Positions 1 through 9,612 of a stretch of 17,021 nt of DNA are shown piece after piece. Position 1 is the stretch's first letter; every line of letters begins with the position of its first letter. The stretch is from a virus. Under the pieces are notes generated by a model. The model made no database searches and was not told where the DNA came from. It saw only the letters and a program-made list of their open reading frames with translations. The DNA lies in UHGV virus genome UHGV-1579666, one strand, 5' to 3'. Made by a program: the position numbers and the translations under genes.

Positions 1-170
1 AGATGTTATGCCGGGGCGGCGGGCGCATTCAAAAACCATCGCTCGCAACCTGTCGACGGGAAGTTGACGAAATCCTCAATGCCTCGTTGTTTATGATTTA
101 CCCGGTTCTGGATAGTGCGTTTAAAAACCGGAAACGTGTAGAGAAAATTAAACATGTAGCATAGAACGTG

Positions 171-205
171 TTGACATCATTGAGCAAATGAGCAACACTA
201 TTCGC
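171..205 (+). promoter_or_regulatory. Candidate late promoter (pR-prime-like): TTGACA -35 hexamer at 171-176 with only weak -10 candidates downstream
   Basis: Perfect TTGACA at 171-176; position upstream of a terminator and the lysis genes mirrors the lambdoid pR-prime/tR-prime arrangement. No convincing TATAAT-like -10 at 17 bp spacing. Confidence 0.3.
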
Positions 206-210
206 ATAAG

Positions 211-251
211 CTGCCGTTAGTGACTCTTAAGTTGCAACGGTGGCTTTTTTT
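211..251 (+). terminator. Intrinsic terminator-like hairpin followed by a 7-T run (tR-prime-like)
   Basis: ctgccgtt (211-218) pairs with aacggtgg (236-243), including two G-U wobbles, then TTTTTTT at 245-251. Confidence 0.5.
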
Positions 252-255
252 ATTT

Positions 256-330
256 GGGTCAGTCGTATAAAGGTCATTACGGAAGGCTGTTAACCTTCTT
301 ATCGTGGCTCGATCCCACGCTGTCCCGCCA
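256..330 (+). tRNA. tRNA-like gene, anticodon GUU (Asn) by manual cloverleaf folding; encoded CCA end
   Basis: Acceptor stem GGGTCAG/CTGTCCC (one T-T mismatch), D-loop with GG, perfect anticodon stem GAAGG/CCTTC with loop CTGTTAA, T-arm CGTGG-CTCGATC-CCACG, discriminator G and CCA at 328-330. Deviations: C at position 54, acceptor mismatch at 4-69. Confidence 0.5.
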
Positions 331-335
331 AACAT

Positions 336-411
336 GCTGGTTTAGCTCCAATGGTAGAGCGGTCGCCTTGTAAGCGAATGGGTAGCGGTTCAAGTCCGTT
401 AACCAGCACCA
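336..411 (+). tRNA. tRNA-like gene, anticodon UGU (Thr) by manual cloverleaf folding; encoded CCA end
   Basis: Perfect 7-bp acceptor stem GCTGGTT/AACCAGC, D-stem GCTC/GAGC with GG in the loop, anticodon loop CTTGTAA, T-loop TTCAAGT, CCA at 409-411. Deviations: C at position 14, G-A mismatch at 27-43. Confidence 0.55.
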
Positions 412-498
412 TAACTGAGCCGTAGCCACTGGCTATCATGAATTCATCAGTGATAGTTACGCTGCGGCATTCTACGCATGACCTTCGTGAAAGCGGGT

Positions 499-534
499 GG
501 CAAGAGGTTGCGCTAACAACCTCCTGCCGTTTTG
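499..534 (+). promoter_or_regulatory. Strong RNA hairpin (12-bp stem, one A-C mismatch, 6-nt loop) followed by GTTTTG, about 120 nt upstream of S
   Basis: ggcaagaggttg (499-510) pairs with caacctcctgcc (517-528); short T tract follows. Confidence 0.3.
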
Positions 535-653
535 CCCGTGCATATCGGTCACGAACAAATCTGATTACTAAACACAGTAGCCTGGATTTGTTCTATCAGT
601 AATCGACCTTATTCCTAATTAAATAGAGCAAATCCCCTTATTGGGGGTAAGAC

Positions 654-977
654 ATGAAGATGCCAGAAAAACATGACCTGTTAGCCGCCATTCTCGCGGC
701 AAAGGAACAAGGCATCGGGGCAATCCTTGCGTTTGCAATGGCGTACCTTCGCGGCAGATATAATGGCGGTGCGTTTACAAAAACAGTAATCGACGCAACG
801 ATGTGCGCCATTATCGCCTGGTTCATTCGTGACCTTCTCGACTTCGCCGGACTAAGTAGCAATCTCGCTTATATAACGAGCGTGTTCATCGGCTACATCG
901 GTACTGACTCGATTGGTTCGCTTATCAAACGCTTCGCTGCTAAAAAAGCCGGAGTAGAAGATGGTGGAAATCAATAA
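654..977 (+). CDS. S: Holin/antiholin S (class I holin); S107 from the ATG at 654, S105 from the ATG at 660
   Basis: 107-aa ORF beginning [20 protein letters not shown] with the dual-start Met-Lys-Met motif and hydrophobic transmembrane segments; matches lambda S as I recall it. Confidence 0.95.
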   Translation: MKMPEKHDLLAAILAAKEQGIGAILAFAMAYLRGRYNGGAFTKTVIDATMCAIIAWFIRDLLDFAGLSSNLAYITSVFIGYIGTDSIGSLIKRFAAKKAGVEDGGNQ

Positions 978-1437
978 TCAACGTAAGGCGTTCCTCGATA
1001 TGCTGGCGTGGTCAGAGGGAACTGATAACGGACGGCAGAAAACCAGAAATCATGGTTATGACGTCATTGTAGGCGGAGAGCTATTCACTGATTACTCAGA
1101 TCACCCTCGCAAACTTGTCACGCTAAACCCCAAACTCAAATCAACAGCAGCCGGACGTTACCAGCTTCTTTCCCGTTGGTGGGATGCCTATCGTAAGCAG
1201 CTTGGCCTGAAAGACTTCTCTCCGAAAAGCCAGGACGCTGTGGCATTGCAGCAGATTAAAGAGCGTGGCGCTTTGCCGATGATTGATCGCGGTGATATTC
1301 GTCAGGCAATTGACCGTTGCAGCAATATCTGGGCTTCACTGCCGGGTGCTGGTTATGGTCAGTTCGAGCATAAGGCTGACAGCCTGATTGCAAAATTCAA
1401 AGAAGCTGGCGGAACGGTCAGAGAGATTGAGGTATGA
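961..1437 (+). CDS. R: Endolysin R (lytic transglycosylase)
   Basis: 158-aa ORF overlapping the S stop, beginning [24 protein letters not shown]; matches lambda R. Confidence 0.95.
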   Translation: MVEINNQRKAFLDMLAWSEGTDNGRQKTRNHGYDVIVGGELFTDYSDHPRKLVTLNPKLKSTAAGRYQLLSRWWDAYRKQLGLKDFSPKSQDAVALQQIKERGALPMIDRGDIRQAIDRCSNIWASLPGAGYGQFEHKADSLIAKFKEAGGTVREIEV

Positions 1438-1895
1438 GCAGAGTAACCGCGATTATCTCCGCTCTGGTTATCTGCATCGTCGTCTGCCTGTCATGGGGTG
1501 TTAATCATTACCGTGATAACGCCATCGCCTACAAAGAACAGCGCGACAAAAATGCCAGAGAACTGAAGCTGGCGAACGCGGCAATTACTGACATGCAGAT
1601 GCGTCAGCGTGATGTTGCTGCGCTCGATGCAAAATACACGAAGGAGTTAGCTGATGCGAAAGCTGAAAATGATGCTCTGCGTGATGATGTTGCCGCTGGT
1701 CGTCGTCGGTTGCACATCAAAGCAGTCTGTCAGTCAGTGCGTGAAGCCACCACCGCCTCCGGCGTGGATAATGCAGCCTCCCCCCGACTGGCAGACACCG
1801 CTGAACGGGATTATTTCACCCTCAGAGAGAGGCTGATCACTATGCAAAAACAACTGGAAGGAACCCAGAAGTATATTAATGAGCAGTGCAGATAG
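1434..1895 (+). CDS. Rz: Spanin inner-membrane subunit Rz (i-spanin)
   Basis: 153-aa ORF with an N-terminal transmembrane segment and a coiled-coil-like body; start overlaps the R stop. Confidence 0.92.
   Translation: MSRVTAIISALVICIVVCLSWGVNHYRDNAIAYKEQRDKNARELKLANAAITDMQMRQRDVAALDAKYTKELADAKAENDALRDDVAAGRRRLHIKAVCQSVREATTASGVDNAASPRLADTAERDYFTLRERLITMQKQLEGTQKYINEQCR
1654..1836 (+). CDS. Rz1: Spanin outer-membrane lipoprotein Rz1 (o-spanin), embedded in the +1 frame of Rz
   Basis: 60-aa ORF with signal peptide and lipobox LVVVGC followed by a proline-rich segment; entirely inside Rz. Confidence 0.9.
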   Translation: MRKLKMMLCVMMLPLVVVGCTSKQSVSQCVKPPPPPAWIMQPPPDWQTPLNGIISPSERG

Positions 1896-1926
1896 AGCTG
1901 CCCATATCGATGGGCAACTCATGCAA

Positions 1927-2220
1927 TTATTGTGAGCAATACACACGCGCTTCCAGCGGAGTATAAATGCCTAAAGTAATAAAACCGAGCAATCCATTTA
2001 CGAATGTTTGCTGGGTTTCTGTTTTAACAACATTTTCTGCGCCGCCACAAATTTTGGCTGCATCAACAGTTTTCTCCTGTCCAATTCCCGAAACGAAGAA
2101 GTGATGGGTGATGGTTTCCTTTGGTGTTACTGCTGTCGGTTTGTTTCCAACAGTAAACGTCTGTTGAGCACATCCTGTAATAAGCATTGCCAGAGCGGCA
2201 GAAAACAACATTTTTTTCAT
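1927..2220 (-). CDS. bor: Bor outer-membrane lipoprotein (serum-resistance lysogenic conversion protein), 97 aa
   Basis: Minus-strand ORF; start taken at MKKMLFSAALAMLITGC (lipobox LITGC) with an AGGA Shine-Dalgarno upstream. The ORF track's longer 113-aa version has 16 extra N-terminal residues and no better ribosome-binding site. Confidence 0.9.
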   Translation of the reverse strand: MKKMLFSAALAMLITGCAQQTFTVGNKPTAVTPKETITHHFFVSGIGQEKTVDAAKICGGAENVVKTETQQTFVNGLLGFITLGIYTPLEARVYCSQ

Positions 2221-2578
2221 CTTATTATCCTGCATTGTTAAAAACGGCAGAATCCTATGTGACAACAATTAAACGATAGTTAAATGGATTGATGAAAATT
2301 AAAACTATATAGGTGTACGCTCAGACTATTGGAGGAAGTTGGGGACACTCAGAATCCTGTGGAATGAAATAAACCGCTCTATCAGTCTATTACCCTTTTA
2401 GCTGCGCTGTATCGTCGCCGTATTCCCGCATTAACCATGACCGTAGCCCGACGGGGAATTCCTTCTGCGTGAGTGTGCGGGAATAATCAAAAACGATGCA
2501 CACCGGGGTTACCGGGTACACATATTTCATCATGCCAGCGAGTCCGGTTCTGGCACGGAAGAAACCGGACGTTATGAT

Positions 2579-2989
2579 TTAGTGCGGAAATATTTGTGTA
2601 GTGTTCTGAATGTTCTCAGTAAAGAGTAATGAATTATCAAAGGTATAGTAATACCTTTTGTTTTCGTGGATATTTGTAATCCATCTGAAAACCCCTGCTG
2701 TAGCAAGATTTTTCCTGTATTCGTAAAATGATAACTCTCCTGATTTGAATCCTTTTAAGGTGGCTTCTATAAGGCATTTATTTTTTGAAAATCTTACATT
2801 TACAACCTTACCCTGTCCTTTTATTAAAACCGTATTATCGTTTTCAAGAACAAGATGAATATTCTCTGTGGCTAAATAGTAAATGTAATGTGAGACATTG
2901 TGACGTTTTAGTTCAGAATAAAACCAGTGATAGTTTAAATTATTTCGCACTTTATCGAATATTTGTTTAAAAATGGCAACCTGAGCCAT
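2579..2989 (-). CDS. Hypothetical AT-rich accessory protein, DUF1398/YbcV-like (family assignment from memory); about 136 aa from the second Met
   Basis: Minus-strand ORF 2579-3004. A GGAAGG Shine-Dalgarno precedes the second ATG (protein [14 protein letters not shown]...), so start placed at 2989; the first ATG at 3004 is also possible. N/K/Y/I-rich composition. Confidence 0.6.
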   Translation of the reverse strand: MAQVAIFKQIFDKVRNNLNYHWFYSELKRHNVSHYIYYLATENIHLVLENDNTVLIKGQGKVVNVRFSKNKCLIEATLKGFKSGELSFYEYRKNLATAGVFRWITNIHENKRYYYTFDNSLLFTENIQNTTQIFPH

Positions 2990-3046
2990 TGTAGTACCTT
3001 CCATGTGATATGAGGGTACCTAGTCTGCACGATTATCTAAATTGCT

Positions 3047-3280
3047 TCAATCTGGTCTGACCTGCTTTCTGAGCAATTCAGTAATGTCACTCTTTTCTTT
3101 GTTTGCTTCAGGCGAAACTCTTTTTTCTGAGCACAGTCTCCGGCGGCAGGCTTCAATGACCCAGGCTGAGAAATTCCCGGACCCTTTTTGATCAAGAGCG
3201 ATGTTAATTTGTTCAATCATTTGGTTAGGAAAGCGGATGTTGCGGGTTGTTGTTCTGCGGGTTCTGTTCTTCGTTGACAT
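3047..3280 (-). CDS. Small basic protein with a ribbon-helix-helix-like core, YlcI/DUF3950-like (from memory); putative DNA-binding regulator
   Basis: 77-aa minus-strand ORF with a basic N-terminus (MSTKNRTRRTTTRN) followed by IRFPNQMIEQINIALDQKGSGNFSAWVIEACRRRL, which has the strand-helix-helix pattern of Arc/CopG-type proteins. Lies 42-57 nt upstream of the DUF1398-like gene on the same strand. Confidence 0.55.
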   Translation of the reverse strand: MSTKNRTRRTTTRNIRFPNQMIEQINIALDQKGSGNFSAWVIEACRRRLCSEKRVSPEANKEKSDITELLRKQVRPD

Positions 3281-3449
3281 GAGGTTGCCCTGTATTCAGT
3301 GTCGCTGATTTGTATTGTCTGAAGTTGTTTTTACGTTAAGTTGATGCAGATCAATTAATACGATACCTGCGTCATAATTGATTATTTGACGTGGTTTGAT
3401 GGCGTAGATGCACGTTGTGACATGCAGATGATAATTATTATCATTTTGC

Positions 3450-3668
3450 GGGTCCTTTCCGGCGATCCGACAGGTTACGGGGCGGCGACCTCGCGGGTTT
3501 TCGCTATTTATGAAAATTTTCCGGTTTAAGGCGTTTCCGTTCTTCTTCGTCGTAACTTAATGTTTTTATTTAAAATACCCCCTGAAAAGAAAGGAAACGA
3601 CAGGTGCTGAAAACGGGCTTTTTGGCCTCTGTCGTTTCCTTTCTCTGTTTTTGTCCGTGGAATGAACA
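3450..3668 (+). other. cos: cos region: cosQ (GGGTCCT, 3450-3456), cosN (3480-3491), cosB with R3/I1/R2/R1 elements (about 3492-3668)
   Basis: GGGCGGCGACCT at 3480-3491 is the lambda 12-nt cohesive-end sequence; GGGTCCT lies about 24 bp upstream; repeated CGTTTCC-type elements in both orientations (about 3531-3549, 3589-3603, 3629-3645) flank an AT-rich stretch, directly upstream of Nu1. Confidence 0.9.
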
Positions 3669-4188
3669 ATGGAAGTCAACAAAAAGCAGCTGGCTGACAT
3701 TTTCGGTGCGAGTATCCGTACCATTCAGAACTGGCAGGAACAGGGAATGCCCGTTCTGCGAGGCGGTGGCAAGGGTAATGAGGTGCTTTATGACTCTGCC
3801 GCCGTTATAAGATGGTATGCCGAAAGGGATGCTGAAATTGAGAACGAAAAGCTGCGCCGGGAAGTTGAAGAACTGCGGCAGGCCAGCGAGACAGATCTCC
3901 AGCCAGGGACTATTGAGTACGAACGCCATCGACTTACGCGTGCGCAGGCCGACGCACAGGAGCTGAAAAATGCCAGAGACTCCGCTGAAGTGGTGGAAAC
4001 CGCATTCTGTACTTTCGTGCTGTCGCGGATCGCAGGTGAAATTGCCAGTATTCTCGACGGGATCCCCCTGTCGGTGCAGCGGCGTTTTCCGGAACTGGAA
4101 AACCGACATGTTGATTTCCTGAAACGGGATATCATCAAAGCCATGAACAAAGCAGCCGCGCTGGATGAACTGATACCGGGGTTGCTGA

Positions 4189-4214
<26 letters not shown>
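3669..4214 (+). CDS. nu1: Terminase small subunit Nu1
   Basis: 181-aa ORF beginning MEVNKKQLADIFGASIRTIQNWQEQGMPV (winged helix-turn-helix N-terminus), immediately downstream of cosB. Confidence 0.95.
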
Positions 4215-7895
<3,681 letters not shown>

Positions 7896-7915
<20 letters not shown>

Positions 7916-9215
7916 TCTCCCGCATATTGCCAGCATGGCCTTTAATGAGCCGCTGATGCTTGAACCCGCCTATGCGCGGGTTTTCTTTTGTGCGCTTGCA
8001 GGCCAGCTTGGGATCAGTCGCCTGACGGATGCGGTGTCCGGCGACAGCCTGACTGCCGGAGAGGCACCCGCGGCGCTGGCGTTATCCGGTGATGATGACG
8101 GACCACGACAGGCCCGCAGTTATCAGGTCATGAACGGCATCGCCGTGCTGCCGGTGTCCGGCACGCTGGTCAGCCGGACGCGGGCGCTGCAGCCGTATTC
8201 GGGGATGACCGGTTACAACGGCATTATCGCCCGTCTGCAACAGGCTGCCAGCGATCCGATGGTGGACGGCATTCTGCTGGATATGGACACACCGGGCGGG
8301 ATGGTGGCGGGAGCATTTGACTGTGCTGACATCATCGCCCGTGTGCGAGACATAAAACCGGTATGGGCGCTGGCCAACGACATGAACTGCAGTGCAGGTC
8401 AGCTGCTTGCCAGTGCCGCCTCCCGGCGTCTGGTCACGCAGACCGCCCGGACAGGCTCCATCGGCGTCATGATGGCTCACAGTAATTACGGTGCTGCGCT
8501 GGAGAAACAGGGCGTGGAAATCACGCTGATTTACAGCGGCAGCCATAAGGTGGATGGCAACCCCTACAGCCATCTACCGGATGATGTCCGGGAAACACTG
8601 CAGTCCCGGATGGATGCAACCCGCCAGATGTTTGCGCAGAAGGTGTCGGCATATACCGGCCTGTCCGTGCAGGCTGTGCTGGATACCGAGGCTGCAGTGT
8701 ACAGCGGTCAGGAGGCCATTGATGCCGGACTGGCTGATGAACTTGTTAACAGCACCGATGCGATCACCGTCATGCGTGATGCACTGGATGCACGTAAATC
8801 CCGTCTCTCAGGAGGGCGAATGACCAAAGAGACTCAATCAACAACTGTTTCAGCCACTGCTTCGCAGGCTGACGTTACTGACGTGGTGCCAGCGACGGAG
8901 GGCGAAAACGCCAGCGCGGCGCAGCCGGACGTGAACGCGCAGATCACCGCTGCGGTTGCGGCAGAAAACAGCCGCATTATGGGGATCCTCAACTGTGAGG
9001 AGGCTCACGGACGCGAAGAACAGGCACGCGTGCTGGCAGAAACCCCCGGTATGACCGTGGAAACGGCCCGCCGCATTCTGGCAGCTGCACCACAGAGTGC
9101 ACAGGCGCGCAGTGACACTGCGCTGGATCGTCTGATGCAGGGGGCACCGGCACCGCTGGCTGCAGGTAACCCGGCATCTGATGCCGTTAACGATTTGCTG
9201 AACACACCAGTGTAA
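7896..9215 (+). CDS. C: Head maturation protease C (ClpP/S49-like), GTG start
   Basis: GTG at 7896 preceded by GGAGGAGAAGA gives a 439-aa product beginning VTAELRNLPHIASMAFNEPLM; overlaps the B 3' end by 20 nt. The ORF track's upstream ATG at 7761 lies inside B and is not used. Confidence 0.9.
8610..9215 (+). CDS. nu3: Scaffolding protein Nu3, in-frame internal start within C
   Basis: ATG at 8610 in the C frame (MDATRQMFAQKV...), same stop as C; 201 aa, the lambda nested C/Nu3 arrangement. Confidence 0.8.
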   Translation: MDATRQMFAQKVSAYTGLSVQAVLDTEAAVYSGQEAIDAGLADELVNSTDAITVMRDALDARKSRLSGGRMTKETQSTTVSATASQADVTDVVPATEGENASAAQPDVNAQITAAVAAENSRIMGILNCEEAHGREEQARVLAETPGMTVETARRILAAAPQSAQARSDTALDRLMQGAPAPLAAGNPASDAVNDLLNTPV

Positions 9216-9224
9216 GGGATGTTT

Positions 9225-9557
9225 ATGACGAGCAAAGAAACCTTTACCCATTACCAGCCGCTGGGCAACAGTGACCCGGCTCATACCGCAACCGCGCCCG
9301 GCGGATTGAGTGCGAAAGCGCCTGCAATGACCCCGCTGATGCTGGACACCTCCACCCGTAAGCTGGTTGCGTGGGATGGCACCACCGACGGTGCTGCCGT
9401 TGGCATTCTGGCGGTTGCTGCTGACCAGACCAGCACCACACTGACGTTCTACAAGTCCGGCTCGTTCCGTTATGAGGATGTGCTCTGGCCGGAGGCTGCC
9501 AGCGACGAGACGAAAAAACGGACCGCGTTTGCCGGAACGGCAATCAGCATCGTTTAA
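9225..9557 (+). CDS. D: Head decoration protein D
   Basis: 110-aa product [17 protein letters not shown]... from the ATG at 9225 (Shine-Dalgarno AAGGG 6 nt upstream); the ATG at 9219 is too close to the ribosome-binding site. Confidence 0.93.
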   Translation: MTSKETFTHYQPLGNSDPAHTATAPGGLSAKAPAMTPLMLDTSTRKLVAWDGTTDGAAVGILAVAADQTSTTLTFYKSGSFRYEDVLWPEAASDETKKRTAFAGTAISIV

Positions 9558-9576
9558 CCTTACCCTTCATCACTAA

Positions 9577-9599
9577 AGGCCGCCTGTGCGGCTTTTTTT
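9577..9599 (+). terminator. Intrinsic-terminator-like hairpin with T7 tract between D and E
   Basis: GCCGC (9579-9583), loop CTGT, GCGGC (9588-9592), then TTTTTTT at 9593-9599. Confidence 0.45.
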
Positions 9600-9612
9600 A
9601 CGGGATTTTTTT

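Noticed and set aside
412-498. Possible third tRNA or tRNA fragment downstream of the tRNA pair
   Set aside because: I could not fold a cloverleaf with acceptor, D, anticodon and T arms from this segment; it appears to be ordinary leader sequence.
638-862. 74-aa minus-strand ORF overlapping the start of S
   Set aside because: Antisense to the holin gene, with no support beyond being open.
1734-2241. ORFs 1734-1946 (minus, antisense to Rz/Rz1) and 2008-2241 (plus, antisense to bor)
   Set aside because: Antisense to well-supported genes, Cys-rich or low-complexity translations, no start signals.
2785-2970. 61-aa plus-strand ORF antisense to the DUF1398-like gene
   Set aside because: Fully embedded antisense in an AT-rich gene with no Shine-Dalgarno; more likely a chance open frame, although a small antisense product cannot be excluded from sequence alone.
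3570-4150. ORFs 3570-4109 (minus), 3604-3810 (plus) and 3788-4150 (minus) across cosB and Nu1
   Set aside because: They span the cos binding sites and the Nu1 gene in other frames or on the other strand; Nu1 is the supported gene here.
8082-9543. ORFs 8082-8573, 8554-8823, 8850-9284, 8989-9177, 9005-9235 and 9244-9543 within or antisense to C/Nu3 and D
   Set aside because: Embedded in genes with strong identity to lambda proteins; Cys/Arg/His-rich translations are typical of out-of-frame reads.
9586-9612. Longer E start at 9586 and longer FI start at 10641 from the ORF track, and the ATG at 9219 for D
   Set aside because: Each upstream start lies inside a hairpin or T tract or too close to the ribosome-binding site; the downstream starts give products matching the known N-termini.
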